Notes under the pieces: generated by a model
What the model was told of the DNA's origin: nothing
The model's database searches: none
Seen by the model: only the letters and a program-made list of their open reading frames with translations
Assembly (NCBI RefSeq): GCF_006345805.1
Contig: NC_043008.1
Span: 78,802,001 to 78,866,000, forward strand
Source: Octopus sinensis
Lineage: Eukaryota
Length of the DNA: 64,000 bases
Reading direction: 5' to 3'
Translations under genes and position numbers: made by a program
Shown: positions 1-13,469 of the stretch, piece by piece
How positions within the stretch are numbered: the first letter of the stretch is position 1
Layout of the letters: every line of letters starts with the position of its first letter

Positions 1-618
1 CTCCATAAATGATTGCTAATATATTACATACTTATAAATGTCCATCGGAATTCAAACATTTTGACTAAATTCTATGCTATTTGGAGTGCTTAGATACAAG
101 TCTACTCTGCATTTAATCACATAGGCTGTGTAATGATTTCATTTCATCATTATCATCCTCATTTTTTTATATCCATTTATTAATGTTTGCATGGGTCAGA
201 TGAAATTTATTGAAACACATTTTTCTATGGCTGAACACTCTTCATTGTCACCAACTCTCACATGTTTCCAAGTAAGCTAAATATTTCTCCTTGGTTGGTC
301 ATGTTTTCACAAAAGTTTGGAAATTAATGACACCACTTGTATGATGGGTGATGCTCAATTACATATACAATGCAATGTCAAGACAAAGAGACAGCGAAAG
401 ACAAAGAGTGAGAATCGATGTCTAAACATCACAAAATATATCCATGGTAATAAATTTGTAACAGGTCATTAAACAGGTTGTTAAACTCCAACACATCATT
501 ACATTGCAGTAAATTCAGATATAATGAACAAGCATGTTTGTACATAATCAGCTAGCTCCTGTGGAGGGCTCTTCAATGGGCCTTCAGCCCAATAATGATG
601 CTTCATGCATTGAGTACA

Positions 619-1010
619 TACTCTTTTACTCTTTTGCTTGTTTCAATCATTTGACTGCAGCCAAGCTGGAGCACCACCTTTAGTCGAGCAAATCTACCCC
701 AGGACTTATTCTTTGTAGGCCTAGTACTTATTCCATTGGTCTCTTTTGCTGGACTGCTAAGTTATGGGGACATAAACACACAAGCGATGTTGGGGTTCAA
801 ACACAAACACACAAACACACACACATATATATACATATACATATATATGACAGGCTTCTTTCAGTTTCCATCTACCAAATCCATTCACAAGGCTTTGTTC
901 AGCCCGAGGCTATATTAGAAGACACTTGCCCAAGGTGCCATGCAGTGGGACTGACCCAGAACCATATGGTTGGTAAGTAAGCTACTTACCACACAGCCAC
1001 TCCTGCACCT
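619..1010 (-). mobile_element. tRNA-derived octopus-type SINE, full length
   Basis: On minus: A-box-like TGGCTGTGTGG, degenerate B box, CORE-like CCTTGGGCAAGTG, internal (TG/TA)n and AAAAGAGT tail; multiple copies in window. Confidence 0.85.
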
Positions 1011-2399
1011 AAATTTTATTAAACTTGACCAATATTTTTCAAGCAATGAACAATTTTTGTCAAAACAATGATATCATATCTGTATTTGGAACTTATTACA
1101 AAGCTTCATGATAAACATTTTCTACCTTCCCACTGGGGGGTCAGTACAATTTTTTTTTTGTCTAACCTATTTCTTTCTCTCTCTCTTTCTGTTGATTTTT
1201 TCAATCATCACCATCTCCAGTGTCACCACCATCGCCACCACAACTGCCATACACACACCATTCAGACTTCTCACGCCACCACCATCAACACCTTTGACTT
1301 CATCACCTTCCCCTACACCACCATCACCACTGTCTTTCACATCCCTTACTATCACTGTCATACTTGACCACCTCAGCTACCACCACCACCACCACCACCA
1401 CCATCTTCACAGTCACCTCTGCTTCTATCACAACTACAGCTCATACTATTACTAACACCCCATTACCATCTCAATTGTCAATCTACTACCACCACCACCT
1501 TCTCTATGCCTACACTTACTCTCACTCCAGCAAGAGGAATAGAAGAAGTGTCACTGAATAGTGAGAGAGAGGGTCAAAGTATGACACACTGACATACAGA
1601 AATTTGTTTTAGCATTTATCATCATAGATAAAAAGCAGAAAAGCATATATTCTACATATAATTTATAATTTAATTATGCTCAACAGCTATTTCATTAGCA
1701 TAAACACCATTAATTCTATAATTACATAATTAGAATACATAGTTAGGTTAATCAGAACTGTTACTATTTCTAAATTAACATCATCATCATTTAACATCCT
1801 CCTTCCATGCTGGCATGGACTGGACAGTTCAACAGGAACCAATGAGCCTGTGTTGAGCTCTATCTAATACATAGTGATTTGGGACTAAGAAGAGAAACTA
1901 TATACAGTAGTGGAAATCAGTTGCCCTATGTGTATGAACAGAAAGTTTAAAGACCAGCATAAAAGGAAAATGCCTATGCAGAACTATTGTGTAAATTTAC
2001 AGCTACTCTACTTGAATCACAAGTTCAGGTTTATACCTATAATTATTGAGGCACTAGTATATGTAACAAACTGTCTCAGCATCAGTTTTGAGAAATTACT
2101 GTTCTCAAAACCAGAAAAGAGGAAACTACGTAAAAGTCATCACATCAATGTAAAACATTCTAAACGTTTAGTATATAAGTGCACATGCACATGTCTAGAC
2201 ATTCAACTATACACATGATTATATATACATAAAACAAAACATAAAGATCTGCACAGGCACAAATACCCTGTTGTTGAAATTCTAATAAAGGAGCCTTGAA
2301 TTTGGGTAAGAAACTGACTCTTTTTCCACTGGCAGAAAATCTAAAGCTGAAACTGATCAATAACATACATATATACATACATAATGCCACACACACACA

Positions 2400-2454
<55 letters not shown>

Positions 2455-2456
<2 letters not shown>

Positions 2457-2610
2457 TGTATGTATGGTAGGTTTCTTTCAGTTTCTCTTTCCCAATGCCA
2501 TCCACAAGGCTTTGGTTGGCCTGGGGCTTTAGTAGAAGATACTTACCCAAGGTGCAACACAGTGAAACTGAACCTGAAACCATGTTTTTGAGAAACAAAC
2601 TTCTTAACCT
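2455..2610 (-). mobile_element. Same SINE family, head and core only
   Basis: Matches 850-1010 (caaggctttgg...gaagatacttacccaaggtg). Confidence 0.8.
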
Positions 2611-2732
2611 CCTGTGAGTTTACAATTATTAAGATAGCAAAACAAAATAGCTATATAAAAACTATGTAAATTTTTCTAAAACTTTATATAATAAGTTAAA
2701 TGCCTATTTTATTCCTGCTCAACATTTCTTAC

Positions 2733-2858
2733 CTTATATTTATCAGCATCAGAAAAATATCGTCTGGCATAGATTTTACTGATTACACCTGGCACTAAAT
2801 TTCCAACAAACAGGACACAGCTGAGGGGTCGGTTGTCTGCACTGATTCCACTAGTTAC
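2733..2858 (-). CDS. M13 metallopeptidase exon (126 nt, phase 0-0)
   Basis: ttcttattaaag|GTAACT...TATAAG|gtaaga; only one open frame, VTSGISADNRPLSCVLFVGNLVPGVISKIYARRYFSDADKYK, matching neprilysin ALYGTT...WRRCANYV...LYVEAAF...SKHV. Confidence 0.88.
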
Positions 2859-3799
2859 CTTTAATAAGAAGAAATAGTTTTTCAGACAGTGAAAATAATT
2901 ACAAAGATCATTAAGTTAAACCTCAACAAAAATTAATATCAACTGGCTAATACTAAAAGCACTTCTTTAAAACTATTACTTTTATTCTAAAATAAATTAT
3001 CCTTTTTCCAGCATATAAGCAGTGTTTCTATATTTTCAAATATGTTAAAAAATTGTCCTGCATCTAAAGTGGCATATTATGAATGAGATACCAAGTGTTT
3101 TAGGTTGATAAGCGTGAGTCCAATCTGTACAATAATTGTTATTAATAATAAAATATTGAAAACAATCCAAACTTACAAAAAATTGCTTACAGTCCATTGG
3201 CAGTTATGTGAAGAGGTTACAGTTATCTCATCTCCCTTCCTTAATATACATAACCCACACCTGATTATTTAATTATTTAATCTTAAATTATGTAATTACT
3301 GCGTTGCCTTTAAGAACTATTTTGTTCATCTAAATGAAAAATTCTCCAAGAAAGATGAATGAAATATTAAACTTTCATCCACTTATATTTCTTTGGAAAG
3401 AACAGATAACAGTAAAACATAGAGGTGTGTGTTCATTGAACAAGAAACTTCTGTTCAAATACTTTCAAATGATGTCCCAAAGTAGAATTTTATTCTCACC
3501 AACATAACAGAGTTTTTACGAAACAAACCTCATTTGGTTTATTCAAATTTTAAAAATTATCTTTATTATATTTATTTTATGGGATTTTCTGAAAGAAAAC
3601 TGTGATTGAGGACAAAGAATAAAAGGTTCTAACTCAGGATGGGGTGTAATAGCTACCTATTTTCACAAGCATTGTATACATAGGGTGATTTTAATTAAAA
3701 CAATAGCTTTTATGGTGGGATGCCTTTTCCACAATTAATCATTCAACTGTGTTCTACTACAATTAATCATTTAAAGTATGGTATAGATAGTCACCAGGG

Positions 3800-4020
3800 A
3801 GTCATCTCATCTCATTTTCTTAGTGCACTTATTCTTGGGAGGGTTGTTGGGATAGAGTCCACAAATACACCTTCCATCAGATTCTGTCAGAAGCTACTGT
3901 CACCAATTGATTCTGCTGGATCCCCAAGCAAAATCAATCAAACTCATGGATGTTATCCAACTATTTTGCTTGTGGTCTGTCCCTGAGTTTCCTGCCAGCT
4001 GGTTTTTGCCCATAAACAAT
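3800..4020 (-). mobile_element. RTE-clade LINE 3' fragment
   Basis: Minus translation ...LGIQQNQLVTVASDRI*WKVYLWTLSQQPSQE resembles the RTE ORF C-terminus. Confidence 0.5.
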
Positions 4021-5485
4021 TTAGAGAAGTATTATTTTAATTTTTTTTAAATAAATATAACTATCAAAAAGTATTAAAAAGTTTAATATAAGATAAAGAG
4101 TAAAACTACTACGATCATTTCATGTCCATAACCTAATTCAAATAACAATAATTTAAATTCAATTAATAAATCGAATTATGGTTATAGTCAATCTTCAGGT
4201 TAATGATAATATTTAAATAAATAATCAAAAATATTTAAACAATATTTTTTAAGAAATAAATAAAATAATAATTTTTCTTATAAAAAACTCTATTATCAAA
4301 CTAGAAACTTTAACGATTATGATTATGTCATACAATCAATTATAATGTTAAATATTAATTTTTAAGGTAAGAAACCCACAAATAATCTAATCTCTGTTAT
4401 AGTCAATATCTAATTACAAAAATATTTTACAAAAAAAAAATTACTATTCATATTATTAAATATAATTTCAAGTCAAATAATTATATAATATTTGAATAAT
4501 AACTAAATTATCAATGAAAATATATAAATGTAGATAAATATAAGAATTAAGATCTAAAATCATCTCTATCAATAAATATATGCACTTATAATAAAGACCT
4601 AATAAATTAATTATTCATTATTACTTATAAAGATATTAAAAGATTAAAGATGAAATAGCTAATTGAAAACAAACAATCTTAAAAGAACGCTATAACTAAT
4701 TAACAATCCATATATCTCGTTGGCTAACTAATAACTTACAAAAATCGTATAGTTAAGAAACTAAAATGAAATAATAAAATACTTAATGAAATAATCAATC
4801 CGTAGTTATATAGTATCAAATAAATACTACGAATATATTTATCAATGGAAAAAATATTACTACCAATTATCAATTTAAAAAAAAAACAATATATAAGTTA
4901 TAATAACAATTATAAAAAATTTAAAATAACTATCAACAAATATAGTTATTTAAGACTAAAATTTATGCTATCAATACATGTATATACATGAAACCTAACT
5001 TTAAAAAAACTCGTGTAACTGTTAACGATCTATATATCTCTTTTGCTAAGTAAAGTCTTACGAATAAACGTAAAGTTAAAATCTAATAATTATATAGAAA
5101 AAACTACGATAACTAGATCATTACATAACCATCAGTATTTATATAAAATACAATAAGACTTATTAAGATATTTAAATTTAAAAATTTTAAAATCTTAAAT
5201 ATAAATATATACTTAGCTTTGCGAGGTTTTGTGATGAACTATAAGTATTAATTTATAAGTATTAATAATTTAAATAATTTTATAAATTTTAAATTTGGAT
5301 AATTTTAATTTTGAATTTTATATTTTATATATTTTGTATATTAATCAATTTTATTTCTCTGTATTGGTTTATGTTTTTCACTGTTTGATTTGCCTAATAG
5401 TGGTTTTATCTCTAATTTAATATATATATATATATATATACATCATATATATACATCTATATATATACATCTATATGTATACATC

Positions 5486-5544
<59 letters not shown>

Positions 5545-5639
5545 TATATATATATATATAAATTTTAAATTTAAAATAATAAGGGTGAAAAAATGACTAT
5601 TAATCTGATTAATACGAATTGAAAACCAGTGGTGTAGCA

Positions 5640-6000
5640 TATAAGACCATAGTGGATCTTCTTCTAGCAAAATGGATGTCCACTGTTAATGGTTCATCCA
5701 TCTTATATAATAGTTTCACTTTATTAGTTTCAGTATTAAAGTGAAAGCATGTGACATTACAATAGAGAGATGTTTTTGTTTCACTTTTAACACGTAATAC
5801 TGAAATAGTGGAGAAGATATGATATTGCTGTGGGCTCGCCCTAGGCAATAAGTTAAATTTTTTTGCCCATGACACTACATAGACCCTAAGTAAGGCATGT
5901 GTAAAATTTGAATGAAATTGGTTGTGTAGTTCTCAAGTTTTAGGGATTCACACACACAAACAGACACACACATACACATTCTTAGTTTTATATATAGAGA
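5640..6000 (-). mobile_element. Non-autonomous Helitron-like element, 5' part
   Basis: Minus strand begins a|TCTCTATATATAAAA followed by a (TG)n tract, like the Helitron at 56572; 3' CTAG hairpin not found. Confidence 0.55.
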
Positions 6001-6043
6001 TACATTTATAATAGAAATGTGAACAAAGAATAAATTTACTTAC

Positions 6044-6137
6044 ATGTTTATAGTCTTGGTACATTTTATAGAAAGGGTCTGGCATAGCATCAATTTTGGA
6101 CATTACAAACCTCATCAGTACAAAGTCTATCAAGTCA
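6044..6137 (-). CDS. M13 metallopeptidase exon (94 nt, phase 2-0)
   Basis: aatttcaag|TGACTT...AAACAT|gtaagt; DLIDFVLMRFVMSKIDAMPDPFYKMYQDYKH, same length and phases as the neprilysin DLQNLMSWRFIM... exon as recalled. Confidence 0.9.
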
Positions 6138-6559
6138 CTTGAAATTTTAAAAAAAGGTAGAGAATATTAAGAAGTTATTACGATACAAGATCTGAGACAC
6201 AATCTTCTCCCATGGCTTTCATAATCTTTCTCATCAATGAATGCCCTATGCTGACAATTAGATCATGGCTTTCTTTTCATCTTGCAAGCACCATACAACT
6301 GTGTCACATATTCATAGCAACACATTGACCTCTCCTGCCTACATTAACAGATGCATTTAATGCCCAGCTGCTTTCTTCATTTGTCACACTTCTCTCTAAC
6401 ATCTAAAACTTTTGACATTTAGTATCCATATCTTGCTACCATGAAGCATTATGTCAGCTGTATGTTTCATATGGTCTTCCATAAAGAGAGGAAACTTTGT
6501 TACTAATAAAAGCATGGAGAAAGAAAGATGAGTACATATACAATAATACCTTACTTTAT

Positions 6560-6860
6560 GAGGACCTGCTTTACAAGACCCTGGGTTTACGAATTATATT
6601 TTACAAGCACAAGATCCAAATTTTGAATGAAGAGCAAAAGTTTCTGCTATCATAACAAATGCTTCTGTGTGTTACCAAGAAATTTACAGGGAACAATAAA
6701 AAGCTTCTTCTAAGCAAAACAACTCTAGACTTGTTTTTTAAAAAGAAATCTATAAGTCTGTCTACAAGTGCTTGTGGATTGGCAATCACATCTACAAGTG
6801 ATGGTGTGCATGAGTCTAGTGCAAGTGAAAGTGGTTCAGAAAATGTTGTATGGAATTAGT
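6560..6860 (+). mobile_element. Tigger/pogo transposase C-terminal remnant
   Basis: ...AIITNASVCYQEIYREQ*KASSKQ/TTLDLFFKK resembles the Tigger C-terminal KQTTLDxFFK motif. Confidence 0.55.
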
Positions 6861-7039
6861 AATAATGGTACACCTCTTCCATGTGATGAACAGAATAACC
6901 TAGTCACTATAAGTAAAGAGAAGTATGTGAAGTACCAGAGTACATAGTAGGCAGTTGGAGATAATCGCGTCTTTACTGGTTTTATTAAATGTACTGTATA
7001 CTGAAGTGGACATTATAACAATCAAGCATAATAAGGATA

Positions 7040-9000
7040 TAACAGTGGCAATGATGATTTAAAGAACTCATGAGGAATTAATAAACTCAACAAGGATTTA
7101 AACAAATGACAAGGAATTAATAAACTCAATGTGGATAAACCAATTCATGTGGTGCTAATAGAAACTCGAAGAGGAGTAAGTAAGCTTACAAAGTTTTGTG
7201 CGAATTTTACAAAAAAGTCATAAAATGGCTTGCTTGAGCTGCAAAAACAGCAACAACAGCAATTGAAAGAATAACAACAGCAGTAGATACAACTGCAAGA
7301 GCAACAACAACAACAAATATTACAGCAACAAATGCTGCAATTACTGAAATCAACAGGAATGTCAGAATCAATGTTCTTGACAGACTCTGTCACAAACTCC
7401 ATAACAGAGTTCAAATATGAACCAGACAAAGGAGTTACAGAAGATATGAGAAAATCTTCGAGAAAGATTGTAAAGATTGGGATGAGAAAGATTGTAAAGA
7501 TATGTTAAAATGCCTAATTTTTACATAGAGACTAACAGCAGAAAAAGACGCAGAAGTTAGAACTAGAATTCTCACAAAGCTGGAACAAAACCAGGATGTA
7601 ACCCTACAGCAAGTGTCAGGAGAATGTGAAAGGATAGTAAAATTAAGACATGTCACAGAGGAAACTGAATGTAGAGACTGTTTTCAATTAAAGCAAGGGC
7701 GAAATTGTCAGAATAAAGATAAAGTGTTTTCTAAAAACAAGAAAAATCAGGAAATAGACCCATGTTTTGCATGTGAAGGTATACACCTAAGGAAAAATTG
7801 TCCATTTAAGAAAGCAAAGTGCTTTTACTGAGGTAATATTGAACAGACAAAGATGCACTGTAGAACGATGATAAAATGTCAGAACAAAGGGAAAAGAATA
7901 AATAGTACGTCATCAGTAGAAATTAGTGATATCACCATTATAAACGAAAAAATTGGAAATATGTCGGTAAGCCGAAATTAATTAAATCAAAAAAGGTAGC
8001 ACATGTTGTTACAAGAAAAAGATTATATATTTTCAGTGAATTCGTATGTAATGTAACATTTCAAGGTAAAAAAAAAGGCAAAGATATATGTATTAAAAGA
8101 TTCACTTCATCTATCTGGCACAGAGTGGATGGAACTACTCAAGTTGTGGAATACACTCATAAATGTTTTGTGAGGAAATATAGTCAATTCAGTAGAAAGT
8201 TCGAATGTGGCTGAGGGACTGAAACAAAAAAATTACAATAAAACAGAGTGGAACACCTGTATGTGAGCCAAAATGAAAGGAAAAATTGCCCACGATAAAA
8301 AGTAAACATTGCTCAAAAGTAGAGGTTCCATGGTTGAGACTACACATCGTTTTCGCTGGTCCTTTAAATGGTTCTTACTACTTAGTGGTAGTTGATAGCT
8401 TCTCAAAATGGCTAGAAATTTTCAAGTGTACAAAACCAACCTCCTCAATCATGATAAAATTTTTGCACAAATTGTTTGCAAGATTTAGCATCCCAGATAA
8501 GATAGTGTCTGACAATAGAACACAGTTTGTGCCTAGTAAATTTTAAAAGTTTTGTGAAATGTTCACAGTAGAACATATAACTACTGCACCATACCATCCC
8601 AGACCTAATGGACAGGCAGAATGCTTTGTCAATACCTTCAAGAGAGCTCTAAGAAAATCAAATAAGAAAGTCATGGATGAGGTAGCTCTAGAACAATTTT
8701 TAAGAGTGCACCATGTGACACCAAATCCAAATATACCAGTAGGTAGATCATCTGTGGAGGCGATGGTGAGGAAAGTAAAATCAATCTTTGATAAATTGCT
8801 ACTTGGCAAGAAAAGAAAAAAGTGTCAAGGAAGACATAGCAATATTCTTTGAAGTTGGTGAAAACGTGTATATGAGGGAAGGTGTATATAAGAATGGAAA
8901 GCAGAGTTGGGAAGATGGCGTGATTACCAAATACATAGGTAAAATGATGCATTGGGTAAAAAGTAGAAAAGGCATACAAAAGAGACAAAAGAGGGATGGT
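7040..9000 (+). mobile_element. Degenerate Ty3/Gypsy (K02A2.6-like) LTR retrotransposon; gag and integrase present, RT missing
   Basis: gag-like SITEFKYEPDKG, RTRILTKLEQ and zinc knuckle CFACEGIHLRKNC; integrase PWLRLHIVFAGP, VVVDSFSKW, IVSDNRTQF, TAPYHPRPNGQAE; many stops and frameshifts. Confidence 0.9.
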
Positions 9001-9289
9001 GTTTAATTTTTCAGAAAAATCATTTATCATTTCAGGTAAACTTTTAGGGGACTGTGACTTTTTTGTTTTTACTTTTACTTGATGCTCTCCAATAGTGAAG
9101 CAATTGATGCCTTTAATATTCCATTTAAACTCTTGTAGGTTGACAGGAACAACACGGGCATTAAGTGAACTCCAGAGGGTTGATGTCGTGGGGAACTAGT
9201 ATTTGATATAGAAGTTAATGTGGAGAAAACAAAATTTGATGCAACAAAGGTTGAAAAAGATGGAGAGATGAGTGGGTCAGGAGTACCTG

Positions 9290-10245
9290 AATTGTAGAAG
9301 CATAAGATCACTCAGATCCAAGGAACAGAAGCCATTATGGTAGTGACAGAAATGACATAAAATGAGAGATAAGTCAGCCACCTGTAGACCAGAAGCTGAA
9401 GTGTGTCCATTAGTAATAGAATGTCAGTCAGCTAAGCGACTCTTCTCTAGATGCAGTCCAAGATGTCAGTGTGTAACAACAGACCATTTCAGATGTGGGC
9501 CCTACTTCAGCCTTGCAGAGTGCCAAAAACTGTTGAGAAAGACTAGTATTTAGAATGCAGTTCCAACTATGCCAAAGATGTACATTTGCAAAGAGAGATA
9601 CTCAGTGATAGTAAGACTCAGAATTGAAAGTGATTGTGTGGGCTCTAGCTGAGTGTCACTCATATTTAGCACAGGTGTAGTGTAGTAGTGTTTCTTGATA
9701 TGATTCGCACTTAAGTTTTTTGCTGTTAAAATAGACAAGGTTGACTGAAAAATTCCATCGAGGTTTCTGTTTATGGAGTCAATGCAGGTTTGGTATGAGA
9801 TATCTGGGGGAAGAATAAAGGGTCATACCATCACATAAATGGAGTTGTTAAATGTGTTGACCAGTAGATCATTCATGTACAGAAGGAAGAGAGTGGGAGA
9901 CAAAACAGTATTCTGGGGAACACCAGAGTTGACTGAATGTTGGGTAGAAAGAGCTCTGTCAGTACATTCCACAACAGTACAATCTGACAGTAAGCTACAG
10001 ATCAAAGACAGGAGAAATGAACAAAAGCTTGTTGCAGACAGTTTTGATGCAAGATTTGGATGCCAGATGTAGTTGAAGGTTTCAAAACTGCAACATTGCA
10101 TTCACTGAATTTCAGTGAGAGCCCACTAGTGAGTAACATAAGAGAGTAGTCCCCAGTGGATGTGGCTCTACAGAAGCCATGCTGGTGATCACTGAAGAAA
10201 GAGTGATTCAAGATATTGGAGAGTGTCTTTGTTAATGGCTGTCTC
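9290..10245 (-). mobile_element. CR1/Jockey-like LINE RT 3' fragment
   Basis: FSDHQHGFCRATSTGD and SGVPQNTVLSPTLFLLYMNDLL RT motifs on minus; degenerate. Confidence 0.85.
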
Positions 10246-10481
10246 CATTACATTTGAAATTTTAGAAGTGAGAACAATAGGACAAAGGCTGAGTTATTTG
10301 GGTTGTTTTCTATGGAATGGGACACACTGAAGTATGCTTCCAAATACTGAAGTCTATCTCTATGGAGAATGAGAGATTATGTAAAGCTGTAAGTTCTAGA
10401 GTCCATAAGTGTAATAGAATGGATATGGTAGCTAATTTTCAGAAAAAATATTAAAAAATATTCTGAAATGATTTATCTTAC

Positions 10482-10621
10482 TGTTCTTCTGTATTTTTAA
10501 ACACTTCTAACAGATTTTTTATGTATTCTGGTGATTCAACAACCACAACTTCATCATCTCTGATGGTGACATTCTTTCCAGTGAGATTTAAAGCTGCTTG
10601 AAAAATTTTCCGCCAAGAAAG
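10482..10621 (-). CDS. M13 metallopeptidase exon (140 nt, phase 0-2)
   Basis: poly-T tract gtag|CTTTCT...GAACA|gtaaga; LSWRKIFQAALNLTGKNVTIRDDEVVVVESPEYIKNLLEVFKNTEE, matching neprilysin FSWLNF...NEEDVVVYAPEYLTKL. Confidence 0.92.
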
Positions 10622-10729
10622 CTACAAAAAAAAAATGGTAAGAAAGAGAGAAATTGTAATTAAAATTTTTTTTAATTATTTAACTAAAATATTATAAAAA
10701 GAAAGTTAGAAAAAAAACTGACCCAAGTA

Positions 10730-10870
10730 CTTGACTATTAGTTTATTTTATCAATCCCAGAGGGATGAAGGTTAAGTTGTTATTGGCAGGATTTTAATTC
10801 AGAACTTAAGGGGCCAAAATTACATGCCACCAAACATCTTGTCTGGCATTCTATCAATTCTGTCAATACA
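10730..10870 (-). mobile_element. Second SINE-like family fragment
   Basis: Similar to 51550-51790 (acccaagtact...ggatgaagg...cagaac). Confidence 0.55.
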
Positions 10871-11154
10871 TATAATATGAGCCAACAACAAATTTTCTAT
10901 ATAGGTTTTTGATTTGCTAGGAATAGCACTCTCTAGCATCTTACACTCTTAAAAAAAAACACATCATATAGTTCTAGAAAACCATCAGAATAAAGGATGC
11001 TTATGGTTGGAATGCTTTTGGTCTGTTAGGTCATGGTTATCATGACAATCAATACATGAAAAGTTTGTTGAAGGAGGTATGTAGTAATAAAAGTAGTTTT
11101 ATTCTTATTGTTGTATTTTGGGATGGTAATTTTTTTTTTCCCAAATAAACACAC

Positions 11155-13075
11155 ACACACTATATATTTGTTCTTCACTCATTTATTAATGTTCTTATTT
11201 TAACTGATGTCCATTATCCGGAAATCTTTTGTCATACATCTGTGACCTCTTCAGCAACACTTCCCATCTTCATGTGAGCTCTTGCTTCACTTAATCTATT
11301 CTGTTCTATGATGTGTATCCTCATATGCACATGTGTTTGCATCTGTATTCGTGTATGTGTGTGTGTACATGTGTGTGTATACATGTATGTGTGTGTGTGT
11401 GTGCATGTGTGCTTGCATGTGCATATGCATGTCTATGTGTTTCACATATGTGCTTATGTGTATATATGGGCTTATGCCCTTTATATTGTTGTCATTGTTA
11501 TTGTTATTGTTCTTAGTAGCTCTATGACCCTCCTCTCACCCCCATTATCACTGCTGCTGCCCTTCACCCCATTGGTACCATTCATGTATTTCCCTATGTT
11601 TGTGTGTTCACCCACACTGCTGCATCGTGGTAGTTGTTGTTAGTTGCATTGTTGAAGTTGTTGTGATTGTTTGTGAAGTTATTGTATGTGTGTTTGTGTA
11701 TGTATATGGATTTGCTTATTATGTTGTTCATAGCCATGCCCTTCATACAGTATTTTTTTTGTTTACCTATTTAGCTCTATTTCTTATATTTATCATAGAT
11801 ATTTGCATATTTGTTTATTGTGTGTATTACACTGTTTTTATCTTTTTTTCCTCCCTTCTGTCTTTAGTCATTGTGTTGTATGGTGTGGTGGTGGTGGTGG
11901 TGGATGTTATTGTTCCATTCATGTTTTCTATAGAGGCTCACTCTGTCTATTGCTATGTGCATAACCTCTGTAATCTGACTGAGTGTCATGTCAGTTCTAT
12001 GTGTTGCTAATGCCTTAACCTCTGTGTTATTAACTGAGCCTCTATGTTCTCCTTGAGCATGTTGGTAGAGCACTGATAAGCCTTTATCCTCTTTGAGCTC
12101 CCACCAGTGTTTGTCTATACACTCCCCTATGCAGCGTGCTGTCTCGCCAATGTAAGTAGTTGTCTTGTTTCTGCACCATCCTTCAGTACACTACAAGCTA
12201 TGCACTACATTCCTAACCTTACAGTTAACCCATGGGTTCATCCTACATACTATACAATTGTTCTCAGTACATGGAGACCTACTGAAGGGAAAAGTTCTAC
12301 AGATCAGGGATTTTATAGGGGCACCAAACCTTTCTGCTACTTTAATCCATAGATTAGCCTTATCTAACGCTTTTCTAAAAAGGTATGCTAGTTCACTGCC
12401 AGGAGCAGCACTGATAATCATGACACTCTGGTATTTTTTGTTGTCATACCATGAGTTGGCCTTATCTATCTTTTTTCTGGTTCTTTCTGTGCTGTTCTAG
12501 GATTTATGACAACAGCAACAATGACAACAACAACAACTGCTATGATGGCAGCAGCATGGGGAAAAGACACAAACACAGAGCGATATAGGATCGGCACCAA
12601 AAGGCAAGGTCAAGGGCAGCACCAGTAATGGGGGAGGGGGCAGAGATTATGGGAGGGCCATAGAGCTACTAAGTACAATGACAATAGCGATGACAACAAT
12701 ATAACGGGCATAAGCACACATATGCACATAAGCACACGTGCAAAACACATAGACATGCTTATGCACATGCACGTGCAGTCATGCACACATACAAATAGAG
12801 ACACAAACTCATGTGCATATAAGTATACACATCATAGAAGAACAGAATAGACTGAATGGAGCAGGAACACACACAAGGAAGGAAAGTGTTGCTGAAGAGG
12901 TCACAGATGTGTGATGAAAGATTTCCAGATAATGGACATAAGTTAGAATAAGAACAGTAATAAATGAGTGAAAAACAAATATATAGTACACGTGTTTATT
13001 TGGCAAAAAAAATGACCTCAAAACACAAAACTATCTGTTTCAACACATGGTTTCACATCAGGAATCTTACAACAC
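11155..13075 (-). mobile_element. Penelope-like element: GIY-YIG fragment between inverted pLTRs
   Basis: Minus translation KVAERFGAPIKSLICRTFPF...CIVC...NCKVRNVVH...YIGETAR; 11159-11570 is an inverted copy of 12608-12987; degenerate HHR in both arms. Confidence 0.85.
12889..12928 (+). ncRNA. Degenerate minimal type-I hammerhead ribozyme in pLTR
   Basis: CTGAAGA-GGTCAC-AGATGT-GTGAT-GAAA-GAT-TTC; stem II partly broken. Confidence 0.55.
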
Positions 13076-13089
13076 AAATTCATAAACGT

Positions 13090-13469
13090 TTTATTCTTTT
13101 ACTTGTTTCAGTCATTTGACTGCTGCCATACTGGATCACCACCTTAAAGGGTTTTTTTAGTCGAAGAAATCGACCCCTGGACTTATTCTTTGTGAGCCTA
13201 GTACTTATTCTATCAGTCTCTTTTTGTCAAACTGCTAAGATGCAGGGATGTAAACACACCAACATTGGATGTCAAGCAATGGTGGGGAAACAAACACAAA
13301 CATATGTATGACAGGCTTCTTTCAGTTTCTGCCCATTAAATCCACTCACAAGGCTTTGGATGGCCCAAGGCTATAGTAAAAGACACCTTACCCAAGGTGC
13401 CATGCAGTGGGATTGAACCCGGAATTATGTGGTTGGAAAGCAAGCCTCTTACCACACAGCTACACACCT
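13090..13469 (-). mobile_element. tRNA-derived SINE, full length
   Basis: Colinear with 619-1010; B box GGTTCAATCCC on minus. Confidence 0.85.

Noticed and set aside
1068-1561. His/Thr/Pro-rich ORFs
   Set aside because: Products of (CAC/CAT)n low-complexity sequence.
2268-2341. Possible next exon (IFCQWKKSQFLTQIQGSFIRISTT)
   Set aside because: Open in phase 0, but it has a weak donor and no similarity to the expected VEDLIAQIR...WMD exon.
4021-5390. NUMT interpretation of the AT-rich island
   Set aside because: No recognisable mitochondrial rRNA, tRNA or protein motif.
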